DNA of 64,000 bases from Lama guanicoe (Eukaryota), in the NCBI GenBank assembly GCA_013239625.1, contig MU054662.1, forward strand, positions 8,979,798 through 9,043,797, given 5' to 3'. Of the stretch, positions 36,126 to 47,725 are shown piece by piece. A program made the position numbers and the translations under genes. A model generated the notes under the pieces. The model was given only the letters and a program-made list of their open reading frames with translations, was not told the origin of the DNA and made no database searches. The number at the start of each line of letters is the position of its first letter. Within the stretch, counting starts at the first letter, position 1.

Positions 36126-36146
36126 GTCAGCACCTCGGACAGCTCC
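36126..36146 (+). promoter_or_regulatory. RE1/NRSE element (REST/NRSF binding site)
   Basis: GTCAGCACCTCGGACAGCTCC vs consensus TTCAGCACCACGGACAGCGCC: 18/21 identical, both half-sites intact with the canonical 2-bp spacer. Confidence 0.8.
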
Positions 36147-36789
36147 CAGTAGCCAAGCCCAGCTTCCCGTGTTCCTCAGCCCCCTCAACTGTGTATCGGC
36201 CACCACTGTGAGGAATGTACTTCCAACCTCTCATTAATCCTTGTTTCGCTATGCCACTTGGAGTCAACGTTTTTAAAGAAATTACTCCTTAGATGTTAGA
36301 ATTCAGTTTAAATGTTACCTTGTCTTCCTTTTTCATCATCCATCCATGCATATTTTTATACTGGCAGTATATTTATGTGAGCAGAACCTGAGTGCTGAGA
36401 ATTTATCTACAATGTAGACATGGAAAGGACAGGAAGGATGGATGTATCCAACAGAGACTTTGTTTCACATGGTTTAGTCATGTTACTGCCACAGTGTCTC
36501 TGTTCAAAGGCATTTCTAGCCGCCTTCAGTGGACTAACGCCCAGTCTGCACCACGTGACCTGCCCGCAGGGGAACCCTGCCCTCTTGCTCCGGAGGGCTG
36601 CTTTGGTCATCTGGCTTCACTTCCCTCAAAGCTCTCGTTTGAAGGGAGAGTAGTCTCTTTTTTGGGGTGACCCAGTTGTGGAAGTCTGTTTTGGATGCAG
36701 ATTGTGTGAGTTTTCTATTCTACTCTGTCAACAGGTAGGTGGCTTGGACCCAACTTTGCTTTCCATGACTGAGTGGTGCGAGCTCCCAG

Positions 36790-36950
36790 CTGAGCATGTA
36801 CTTTGTGCCAGGCTCTGTGATAAGCACTTGACATGAATGATTCCATTTAGTCTTCACAATAATTGAATGACAAAGGTGCCTTTATTTCCCCTCCTCATTT
36901 TACAGCTGGCCAGGGACAGAGCCAGGAGCCTCCACTCAAGCCTGTGCTCA
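36790..36950 (-). mobile_element. MIR fragment
   Basis: ctgagcatgtactttgtgccaggctctgtgataagcacttgacatgaatgattccatttagtcttcacaataa...ctcattttacag. Confidence 0.7.
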
Positions 36951-38019
36951 TCACAGTACTGCAGTTGCTGGCCTCCCTGGGAGAATGTTGGCCTCACTCT
37001 TGATGCCTGGGACATGGCTGGGCCCAATCAAGGTGAAGCAAGTGATGGCTCAGAGGGCAGTAGAATGGCTGGGCTGGAACAACTCTGGCACTGAGGGAAG
37101 GACCCACTGGGCTGGAGAAGCTGGGGGCTTTGTGTGGGAGATAAGCTTTGACCCTTGAGTCCTGAGGGTTTAAGGTTTGCTTTTCTTCTCAAAAAAGTAC
37201 AAAAGGGAACCAGGTGTCTTTGGTTAGCTTGGCCCTGGGCATACCTGGCAGGAATGTATTGGGGATCACAGTCTCCCTCATCCAGCTAGCCTCACACCCC
37301 ATTTCCACCCAGCAGGTAAAGAATCAGGTTTCCAAAAAAAGCCACCTCAGCCCTGGGTTGCAGGTCTGGCCCCTCTTGGCTATGGCCATCTCTGCTGGTG
37401 TTCCTTCCATTGGACCTCTCACCTCTCTGGCCTCCAAGAGGGGCTCATTGCTCTATAGGGAGCAGAAGGGAGAGTGTCCGTGCACCCAGGGAAGGAAGCT
37501 GGCTCAGCCTCTCATGCAGCCTGCAGTTTTAGCTGCTGTCCTTGGTTAGGAAGTGGGGACAGATCCGGCTTCTGGGCCCCACTTGCCCCTAAACTTCTAG
37601 CTCAGGAGTAATGCTGAGAATAAGCACAAGAAACCCTTTTTCTTTTCAGGATTGACCTTTAAAAAAAGTTCTAAATCTCAAAGGCAAGGCTATATCCCCT
37701 CCTCCTCCAGAACAGATCACTGGCCTCAGTTTTTTCCCTCCCTTGGCCCATGGAGGTTGGATTTGAGGGTTACATGAGGCTTAGCAGGAGCAGAGAAGCT
37801 TCCTCATTGAAAGGGCAGGAGTGATGGAGTGGCCAAGGCCCTTAGCACCTCCAGGCTCCTGGGCCACAGGACAGTGGGGCTGGGGCTGGACAGTGGTCAA
37901 GGGCCTGGTGCAGGAGATGGCCAGAGGAGGAGAGACTGGGAATGGGGAGACACTTGGAGGCTGGGATGCCTTCTCAGCTGGACATTGTGTGCCCACAGTG
38001 ATGGGCACCGCTGCCAGAT

Positions 38020-38232
38020 CAGAGAGAGCAGAGATCTTGAGTCAGGAGTCAGAGATACATAGGTCTAACACATGGCTGTGATACCAACTGGATATTTGGT
38101 CAGGTTGCAAAATCCCCTGGGTTCTCAGCTTCCTCATCTGTAAAATGGGGATGGAAATACCTGCTCAACTACTTCAGGAGGTAGTTGTGAAAGTCTAAAG
38201 AGCCAGTGGGTATGAAAATGCCTTGTAAAGAA
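38020..38232 (+). mobile_element. MIR SINE
   Basis: ctcagcttcctcatctgtaaaatggggatggaaatacctgc...aggtagttgtgaaagtctaaagag. Confidence 0.75.
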
Positions 38233-38524
38233 CGAGTGTGTCCCAGGCACGAGGAGCGAGGGGGAGGCCCTGCCTTCTCCCCCAAGACATCCTCCCTGGG
38301 TTCCCATTCCCAGTGTGAAAATACTAAAGAATTTTGCAAATAACTTGGCTATTTTTAAGTCACGGGAAGGACCAGCAGGCCTGCAGGTAGTGAGAGGATC
38401 AGTGAAGGAAGTGATGTGTCTCCTGTAAGACTCAAGTGTCCCTGAGTCAGAGTCTGCTCTCAGAAGCCGCCTCCCCAGTTTGACAGATGCGGGATGACAT
38501 TTCCACTTTGCAACTTATTATTTT

Positions 38525-38705
38525 CATGATATCAGGAAAGTCACAGAAAACCCCAAATTTCAGTCTTCCTATTTGTGAAGACAGGACTGGTAATAGCACT
38601 ACCATTAAATAGCCATAGAATCCTGGCATAAGAGAGATACAGGTGTGCACAGGTCTGGCATACACTAGGTGCTCAATAAATGTAGACCGTTGTTGTTATT
38701 TTATT
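38525..38705 (+). mobile_element. MIR fragment
   Basis: tttcagtcttcctatttgtgaag...gtctggcatacactaggtgctcaataaatgtag. Confidence 0.6.
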
Positions 38706-39189
38706 CTTGAGCTAATTATCTTTGCCTCAGATGGAGAAAATATCTATTTCAGAGAGCTAGGAGGCGTGCAAGCAGCCCTTGGCACGTAGGACCAGGAGTC
38801 CTAGAAACCAGTGGTCCTCCTCTTTCTCCTTTCCCGTACTTGTCCTCTCGAGGGCTCGGTGATGCCCAAACTTGGAATTGGCCCTGACCTGAAAAGTGTA
38901 TGAAGCCACAGGGTGTGCGGCATCTCTGCTTGCACACGGGGCTCACGTTCAGAATGCTGAGCGTCGGCCCCTCCTCCTGCCTCCCAGATCTCTCCGGCCC
39001 CCTGTTCTTCTATTGGCTTCCGGTGCTTTGTGTGTGCCCCCCCCCCAGCACTCTTACCCATGCTCTCTTGGGGCTCGGTATGTGCCTGGGACCCTTGTCT
39101 TGCTGCTGCTTATGGTCTCGGCCGGATGGGCTGAGCCCCCTGTGCCTCTTCAGAGTGGGGGTTACAGGGCTAACGCCACCCTGGGGGCC

Positions 39190-39385
39190 TAGATCTTCTG
39201 GGCTGGAATCTGAGTCCTGCTGTAACCACTTGCTATGTAACCTCAGGTAAGCGCTTAATGTCAGCGGTCTGTGTCCTCGTCGGCACAGTGAGAGTGATAC
39301 CTATTGCATCGCATTTACTGAGGGATAAAAAGAGGTGACATGTGAAAGCACTAGAAGGGGAGGTACTTGGTAAATATCGAGTTAC
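39190..39385 (+). mobile_element. MIR fragment
   Basis: ctgagtcctgctgtaaccacttgctatgtaacctcaggtaagcgcttaat...gaggtgacatgtgaaagcactaga...gtacttggtaaatat. Confidence 0.6.
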
Positions 39386-40149
39386 CTCCCTTCTTCCTCT
39401 TCTCTTTCCTCCCATCGCAAAGCCTGCTGAGGGGAGGGTGGAGGGCAGGACGGCGAGACGACTCAGCCCCTACTCTTCACCCCTCACCGCATCACCCCCA
39501 CCTCCTCATTGTGCTCTGGAAAACCCCGATCCAGCCTCAAGAAGGGTTTTTAGCTGGACGTATTTTCTGGAGTGGAGAACAGAACCTCCTCACTGGTGTG
39601 CTGAGCTTTGATTTCCAGGCAGGCTGATTTCTGAGTACTTGGGAAATTTCCATAATTAGCAGAGGCAGCATTTGTGAATCACACTGCAACCACCCTCTTC
39701 TCACTTCTTCTGTCTCCTGCTCCAAATACCTTTGTGACCCTGTTTTCCCCTCCTCTGGACCTCGGCTGCGCGTTGCCACTGCAGATGCCACTCTCCCTGC
39801 TTAGTGCTATAGGCCAGTCTCCTCCTGTCTCTTCTCCAGCCTCTTGTCCAAGCCTCCGTCTACTTATTTGCTCAGAGCCGGCAGGCAAACTTAGCTAGTC
39901 TGTCCTCTTGCAAATCCTATCTACGGGTTTGTTTCAATTCCTAGTCCTGGAAGAAAGGAAGAAACTGAATCAGGTCTAAATCCTGCTAAAAATATGGCTT
40001 GGTGCTGTCTGATAAAATCCTACTTGGAAAATGGGGACCTATTTCTTTCCCTCAGGCTGGTTACCCCTGAAGATCAGTCACTTAAAAAAGGGTAAAAATG
40101 CAGAGAAAGATTTTCCTAGTAGAAGCTAATAATCGGTGGCTCCAATATC

Positions 40150-40410
40150 CATCTAACTGTCCATCCATCCATCCATCCATCCATCCACCTATCTAGTTAT
40201 TCATTTAATAAATACTTGCAGAATGTCTACAGTGTACCAAGCCTAGCCTGGCTTTGGGGACAGACAGATCATAGTGGGAAGACTGGCAAGAAAATCGAGA
40301 TCACCATATAGTGGGGTACATGCTAAGATCGCAACAGGAGCCTGAGGAGAGACATCTGAGTCAGTGGCAGAAAGGGACGACGTCTTTGAAGAAGGGGGCT
40401 CTTGAATTAA
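40150..40410 (-). mobile_element. L2 3' end with tail expanded as (CCAT)6 at 40161-40184
   Basis: ccatccatccat...tattcatttaataaatacttgcagaatgtctacagtgtaccaagc...ggggacag. Confidence 0.65.
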
Positions 40411-41309
40411 AGATCGAGGCACAAAGAGAATTGAGCTTTGCAGCATTCCCTTTCGTTGGCACATGTGTGGTACTAAGATCAGTAAACTCCGAAATCGTTA
40501 TAAAATCTATAATTGCTCCAACATATGGGGAGAACTATAATGTCCTGGGAAGGGGAGGCTCAGAACAGGGACTTTGCTTTGGAATCAGAGAACTCCAAAC
40601 ATTTAGGTATTTCCTCTTGACAGGACTTCCCTAAAACATGCCAAAGAGGTTGGAATAGAAACACCTCACTTGCTTTTAAGGAATTCAAAGCTCCAACACA
40701 TTTCTCTTTCACTCCACTATCTTCTGCTGTTGGATAAAACCTGCCTGTCTGTCCTCTGACTGCAATTAAAGTTGATCTTCTCCTTAGGGGAGCCAGAAAC
40801 TCTTTGTGTTTCACCAACCCTCGTTTTCAACTAAGCTCAAAGCTACAGGAGTTGTTCTCTGTCCCGTTTGTGGTCTTGCCTGGGCTCCCAGAGTCTATGC
40901 AAGCAGAAATAATTATTGTTTGGGTAGGGATCACATTCAGCCCAAAGTGGGAGAGCTCAGATGGGGGCCACCATCTTGCCATATACGGTCTGGGGAGGGT
41001 AGCCCCAATTGTCTGTGGACAATTCCCTCCTCTTTATTTTTCTTCATTTATCCTATACTTTCTCATCACTGCAGTCCTTTGGCAGCCAGTGGTAGTCGCG
41101 GATCAGCCTTGGTAAGTGGAAGCCCAGGCTGAGGCTTGAAATTCATTTAGTGTAGGAACTTTGGTGAGAAGGTGGTGAGGGGACCGCCGTTCAAAAGAAC
41201 TTCAGTCTTGAAGAGCCAGGTGGGGATGGGAGCATCTCCCAGTCTCCCACAGCCCCAGTGACAGAAGGCATAGCATTTGGATATTGATTTATTACCCATC
41301 TCCTTTTCC

Positions 41310-41392
41310 AGAACGTGTAAGCTCTGTTTTGCTCACCACTGTATCCCCAGGGCCGGGAAGAATGCAGTGTAATAAGTTTTTGTTGGATGAAC
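41310..41392 (+). mobile_element. L2 3' end
   Basis: tctgttttgctcaccactgtatccccagggcc...aataagtttttgttggatgaa. Confidence 0.65.
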
Positions 41393-42715
41393 TAAGATTC
41401 TCCAGCAACATGAGAGGCATCTCCATTTGTCCTGCTGGTATCTCGTAATCCTGAGTTGTGTTGCCACAGTCCACGGGTTTCTTTATGACCTGGCTAGACC
41501 CCAACCATCCCAAAGCCCAGTCAGAAGAAACACTTCAGTGCTGACGGACCTGGAGCCTTAGGAAGCTCTGGAGGGCCACCTCTGTCAGATGAGATTTGTC
41601 TTCAAAGGCCACTGGCTCTGACCTTTTGATAACATTTCAAAAAATGAAACCTTATGTGCTGACTGAATCAGTCCTATCTCCAATGAAAGTCTAATCAGCT
41701 ATTTGTATTTCTGTTTGAAATTTTTTTTGGTCCTTTTCTTTTTCTACTTCTGGGTAAACATAAAGGGAAAAAAATTCCCTTGCTTGACCAAACTTCATTT
41801 AAAAGTTGTTTGTGTGTTTTTTTAATGGAACCCAATCCCTTAAGCCTTGAAAAGTAACCACTGAGCTCTAACGCAGCAGCTTCTAATCCAGGAGAGTTCA
41901 GAAGGCAGATGCTGAACAACCACCAACTGCATCCCAGGACAGTTGCTGGCGAGGCTCGGGGCTCTGCAGGCTGGAGATGCGATCAGTGAATCCTGACTCT
42001 GTTCTCCTGTCCGCTCTGCTAGCTGGCCTGACGTGCAATTAGCATTCTCCCCAGTGCTGATTTTTGTTCAAATATATTGGGCCCATCCATCACCCACCTT
42101 CTAACTCTTCTGTCTGGATCAGTCAATTACGAAGTTATTTTTGAACCACTAGGATTCTTGTGAAATAGACACAAGAAGGAGCTAAACTCATTTCAGGTTT
42201 GACCCCTGAAGCTGGGATCTGAGGAAGCTTAGCTTGGTTACACTTCATGGCCATCCAATCCAATATGGCCTGCAGAATAGAAGGGCCACTTGCTTAATTG
42301 GGAACACTTTAATATAGATATCCATTAACGTATGCTAAATTACAATAAAACATCTATGGAGGAACCTGATGTGGCACCTGCATGAATACTAAGTGACTTC
42401 ATTACGATCAGCGCTGTGACGATGAATATGGAATGAACGTGCCCAGAGAAGACAATTAATCTCCCGCCTTCTCAAGTCATCACTGTTTTATTTTCCCCTG
42501 CACTGTGCTAAAAAAAGAATAAGGCTTAGAAGCTCTGTGATTTCCTGAGACCATCACTTCCCTTCAGCTTCTGAGGAGTCCCTGAGAGCTCTTGTCATTT
42601 GTAGTGTGGAGACCGGTCTGGGCCACCTGGAGGAGCATGGACAGTGGAGAGGTGGGGGCCCTGGGGGTCCCACTTTGGTTTGGAAAAGAAGGCTGTCAAG
42701 ACTGATGGAACACAC

Positions 42716-42739
42716 CACACACACACACACACACACACA
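42716..42739. repeat. (CA)12 microsatellite
   Basis: Direct read. Confidence 0.95.
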
Positions 42740-43539
42740 AACACAATCGAAAGGTGTCCTCATCTGGAACTAGCAAACAGACTGTCAGGTCAGATTATAA
42801 ACATCAAAAGCATTCTAATCTGCTCGCGGTGTACATGATGTGCATAGATCTGAGAGAGGAACTTGGATTATGAATTAAGTCAGCTTTTCCCTCTGGGCTG
42901 CCTGCCCCTGAAAAGTGTGGCTTGGAGGGTTCCAGTCATCAGGTGAACACACCTCATCGCACTTGGACTGAACCACACAACTTGGTCTTAAAGATGTTCC
43001 CTCTTGTATCACTGGGTGCCATTTCACATCGATTCCACCTGAATCTCAGGCTGAACCATTGGGACCTTTGTATTTCGGGATGCCCAGCTCTGCATGAGGA
43101 CTAGCCCATGAGAGAGGCAAGCGAGAAAGAATTTTCCTGGGTTCCCCTTTGTCATTTTTCCCTGGGTCGCGGGCCTCTGCTCCCTGCTCTTTTCCCTTCC
43201 TCTCCTTGACCTTTGCATCCGTCCTGCTAGTCCAGTTCCCATAGACCCAGGCGATGCTCACTGAACTCCTCATCACAGGTGCTCTTGCTTGGATGTGCAG
43301 ATGCCCGACTTCCACCCTTTCTCAGGGCAAGAGTGCCAGTTCTGCAGCTCCAAGTGGCGGTTATGAAAGGGCCCTCTGTGCACCCTACACGAGGAAGGTG
43401 TCCAGTGGGGAGAAGCCTCCCTGTAAATGTGCAGATGTCCTCGGATGCTTCGGATGGAGCCCAGGTCCCCATGGGCTGCTGGGGGGCTGCTCTTTGGAGA
43501 ACCAAAGGCCCCCTTCAAAGAGTGTATCTCCATCACCCA

Positions 43540-43558
43540 TGGCAGCAGAGGGAGCACC
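43540..43558 (+). promoter_or_regulatory. Candidate CTCF core motif
   Basis: TGGCAGCAGAGGGAGCACC resembles the CTCF core CCAGCAGAGGGCGC; motif match only. Confidence 0.4.
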
Positions 43559-43999
43559 AACAATATTGTTAGCGTGTCAAGGAACAGATTTTGACAGATG
43601 CCTCCCTGCCTTCCAGTCCCAGTTTCAAAGCCCTTCCTGCACCGGTCTCACTAGGGTTGGTGATTAGTTCTCACTGTTTCCTCTTCTGAGACCAGTAAGT
43701 GGCTCTGTTTGTGCCAAGTTTCCCTGTAAATACTGTGGCTGTGCCCACATGAGGCAAAGCATTCCTGGGAGAGAACACTGAGTTTGCTTCTGGACTCCTA
43801 CTGGGAACAGGAGGGGAACGAAACTGCCTCTCTGTGAGAGCGGATTACCACGTGGCCAAGCCCAAGCGAGACTCACAGGAATGTAAGCTCTGCCCTCGTC
43901 TTCCTGCTCCCTCCTTCTCCTCTGCCCTTTCCAAGCCAGCTCTCAGTCTAAGAAGAACAGGTCTGATTTCCTTCGACGACCATCATCTCCAAGATAACA

Positions 44000-44480
44000 T
44001 CCGGGAATAGGCCACAACAACAAGCAAGGAAGTCTCAGGCTTGGCCAGGGAGGGAAGTGAGAAAACAGCAGAGGGTGAAAAGATGGCAGGCGACGGGAAA
44101 GTCAGACAGGTGAAGAGGGAGTGAGAAAATGCGTAAGGATGCGGAAGGGTTTTAACAGTTGAAAATCCGAATGTTCAGCAGTTCTGAGTTGTGAGTTTCA
44201 AGATGCAGAAGAGGTAGAGATAGAGATCACTGGTGGGAAGAGGACTTGAAACCGAAGAAGTCGGGGGCTTGGAAGGATCAGAAATCACTAGGGATGAAAG
44301 AGGTGATGAGAAAGAGGAGGCGGGGGGAGTTGCTGAGAACCTGGTCCTAAAATCCTGGAGGAAAATGGGGTTGTGTCCAGAAAACTTGTAGATGAGGTGA
44401 GAAGGAGGGAGAGAAATTATGGTGGATGAAATGATTGGGGCAAAGAGCTTAAGTTGAAATGGGTCTGGGGAAAACAATAT
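44000..44480 (-). mobile_element. L2 LINE ORF2 APE-endonuclease fossil
   Basis: ORF 44175-44477(-): LIYKFSGHNPIFLQDF resembles VIYRPPGHSPSFLEDF; SDPSKPPTS...LPTSDLYL resembles DDPSNTLAS...LLTSNDLHL; ILKLTTQNC resembles TLDLVITRNC. An adjacent frame has IPSDF at the position of the GDFN motif. Confidence 0.65.
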
Positions 44481-45084
44481 AAAGGATGAATGTATTGATT
44501 TCCTACTAAATGCCTCAAAGAGTTAAAGTCTTCTTGAGTTGGAAGGTCAAGGGACATCTATGAAACAAGTAATAAGTGAGAGGTTATAAGACACCAACTA
44601 TTTTAAGTGCTACAGTGAGTGGTACTGGCCACATACAGCTTGATTCTAGTGCTTTTGACCAACCCTCTTGACAAACGGCAAACATTCCAAGTCCTAGGAG
44701 GTACCATTGCAGCCCAGGAGAGTCAAGATACACAGCGTGTAAGAGGTGGATTGGGGTGAACCTTGAGGGCTGGGGTAGGCGCTCCAAACAATGCGGGTGA
44801 AATAAATGAGCAGAAGTGGAACAAACGTGGCATGTTCTGAAACATGGCATGGAGGGAGGCAGGCTGGGAGGTATGAAGAACAAAGTTAGGAACCATAGTG
44901 GGACCCGAAGATGGAGGCATGCAGACCGATGTTACGAAAATTCCAAAGCAACAAAATATCCCCATGTTGGCTTTGCTGTAGTCACAGTCTTGGGCCAACT
45001 GAAGCATTTAGTTTTTACATGGAACCCAAACGTCCTCAGCTGTGATCCCCAAATACTGAGTGCATGCCTTTCTTGTTATTGACC

Positions 45085-45245
45085 ACGGAGTGCTGTGGTT
45101 GGCATGCCAGTCCTCCTCTCTCTACTGTGAGCCACTGAGGGCACAGGTCAGCCCATGCCGGCAGCCCCCGCCATCGACAGGGCTCCACGGGCCGTGCAGA
45201 GCGAGAGCTCCACAGATCTTTGTGGCATGTATGAACCAGTCAGTG
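45085..45245 (+). mobile_element. L2 3' end (GC-shifted)
   Basis: tctactgtgagccactgagggcacagg...gggccgtgcagagcgagagctccacagatctttgtggcatgtatgaa. Confidence 0.5.
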
Positions 45246-45561
45246 AGTAACAGCTGGGCATAAGTCAGAGGAGACGTACTGAAACTAGGCTACAGCTTTT
45301 GGCCAGGGGTCGCCCACATCTGAACCGGAAGCATCATAGCACAAGGTGAAATTCTAGGTTTCTAAACTTAGAAAAAAAAATGTAGGAAGGACTCTCAAAG
45401 CCTTTGTTAATTAAAAACACGAACAGCTCTTCAGGGAACAGTCCCTGCCTCCCATCCTCTCTCCTGGCTCTGAATGGCAGATAAAGCGGTATCTTTGCCT
45501 CTGCTTTGGACCACATTTAATTAAATGCCTACATCGACTGCTTCCTCGCTTACCTTGTTTT

Positions 45562-45701
45562 NNNNNNNNNNNNNNNNNNNNNNNNNNNNNNNNNNNNNNN
45601 NNNNNNNNNNNNNNNNNNNNNNNNNNNNNNNNNNNNNNNNNNNNNNNNNNNNNNNNNNNNNNNNNNNNNNNNNNNNNNNNNNNNNNNNNNNNNNNNNNNN
45701 N
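45562..45701. other. Assembly gap (140 N)
   Basis: Run of N. Confidence 1.
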
Positions 45702-46714
45702 GGCGGCACTCAGGGTGATGTATGAGTACTCTTGTCCTCAAAATGATTCTTCAGGAGTTACCACCAGAGACGTTTTCATGAGCCTCTTTTATTAAAATAA
45801 TAATACTCAGCAAAGCAATAATGCTTTACAACCAGCAGCTAATTAACCCACCCCACCCCCACCGACAGGTCACCATTAGCATCTGCAGGTTAAGATAAGA
45901 GCGCTCCGTGGGTCTTTCTCTACCTTGGAGCCGGCGCTGAATCGGTCTGGGTTTGTGCTCCGGCGTCTGTGAGTGACGATTTTCATTTAAAACACATCTT
46001 TGTTCTTGGACCGTAGCTCAATCTGTTGTTGTTTTTATTTATTTTCTTCTTGTTTGGTGCCGTCCCTGCGCTGACTGTCAGTATGTCTGATCTGCACTTG
46101 ACCTCCCAAAACAGAATTTAACCGTGCCTTGGAAAAGCCAATGGATTTAAAACTCTTGTTTAATTGCAAAATCCATTTATTTTCCTGTAACTCTAAATGT
46201 GTGCTCCAGGTATTTTTAATCATGATCTGGGCTGTCAACGGTAGTGGCAGGGCAGCAACACTGCCAGCCGAACCGATCTACCTACCCAAGTCCCCGTTCT
46301 GTTCTCTACGTTGAAACAACATTTCCCTCCACGAGCCGATGTAGTTATTTTCCATGTTGCACCATCGACGAGCCAATTATTTCAATTTTGGCATCAGATT
46401 CAGAAGAGAGTTTAATGATTCTCAATAGCATAAACTGAATTTTGATTCCTACAGCAATTTAGTAATGATGATGACATTTAAGCACTTAGGCAGTATGTCT
46501 CGTTTCCCATGGCTGACAAACCAGATTTAGGCACTTTTCTGGGCACCCCAGATTCGTCACCCTTTTGCAATATTTATGAAGCCCAGACTTACCCCTGCAA
46601 CTCTGCCAGGGGCTATAGAAAGAAGTTCCCCTGGACCCAGGGCCAATCTGCTGGAGTTTCAGTTGGAAGTCAAAACAAGGTCCCAGGTCTTGCACAACTA
46701 TTTGAATTAACCTG

Positions 46715-46960
46715 TTTATTCACATATTCAACAAATATTTAACGAGTTTCTACCAGGTAAGGACGCTCAGCCCTGGGAGAGGAACTGAGTTGTGGGAGCT
46801 GTGCTCTTCTTCCTCTAATCAAAGCGAATTCAACCCCAACCCTCCTGATTGAGGTCCAAATTATTTGAATACTTTATGAATACGTTTAGTTTAGTCATCC
46901 AGCAAACAGTTATCAGGCACTTTCTAGGTATAAGGTACTCTTCTGGGAACTGAAATGTTT
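46715..46960 (-). mobile_element. Two short L2 3' tails (~46715-46785 and ~46885-46960)
   Basis: tattcaacaaatatttaacgagtttctaccagg and tcatccagcaaacagttatcaggcactttctaggtataaggtactcttctggg. Confidence 0.55.
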
Positions 46961-46967
46961 ACAGAGA

Positions 46968-47725
46968 AGATCAAATCTGTCAGCAAATCCCATTGGCTTT
47001 TCCTTCAAAGTGTTCAAATTCAGGCTCTGATTGTTTCTCACCCATCACTGCTACATCCTGGGCCAAGTTATGAGGATCCTTCACCTGGATTATTGACGGA
47101 GACTCCTAACTGGTCCCTCTGCTGCCACCCTTGCAACCCCACACTCTCTTCTCAACTGCACAGTCTGGTTGATGCTTTTAATAACTCAAGTTGGATGGTG
47201 TCATTTTTCTATCCCAAATCATCTCAGGATAAAACCCCAAACCCCTTCCATGACTTACAGCATCCTACGCGGTCTTGCCTTCTTGTTCCCTCTTTAACTC
47301 CATCTCCCCTCTTTTGCTGACTTCATTCCAATCTCTCTGGCCTCTTTGCTGTTCCCTGAACACATCTGGCATTTCCTGCCTCAGGGCCTTTGCACTTGCT
47401 GTCCCTTCTGCAACATGTCCTACCCTTAAGTGATCCACATGGTTCAACCCTTCACTTCCGTCAGGACATGGCTCTGTTGTCAGCTTCTCAGGGAATGACC
47501 ACCTAATTTAAAATCTGCACCCCACTCCTGTACTGTATCCCTTTCCCTGCTTTATTTTTCTCTTGAGTACTTATCCCCATATGACATATTATTCATCTTA
47601 CTTATGTGTTTATTTTTTGTCCCCCCCCCACCAGAATGTCAAATCCATGGAAGCGTGGATACTTGTCTGTTTTACTTGTTGATATATCAGTCCCCAGCCC
47701 AGAGATACTTAATAAATATTTTATA
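46968..47725 (+). mobile_element. L2a LINE 3' ~750 bp
   Basis: atcaaatctgtcagcaaatcccattggct...ctcctaactggtccctctg...cctgcctcagggcctttgcacttgctgtccct...gtctgttttacttgttgatatatc...acttaataaatattt. Confidence 0.85.

Noticed and set aside
37532-37552. Second RE1-like match gctgtccttggt
   Set aside because: Only one half-site plus GGT; the GCTGA end is missing.
39641-39651. Isolated kB-like sites (also 51176 and 54241)
   Set aside because: Degenerate 10-mers at about chance frequency with no clustering.
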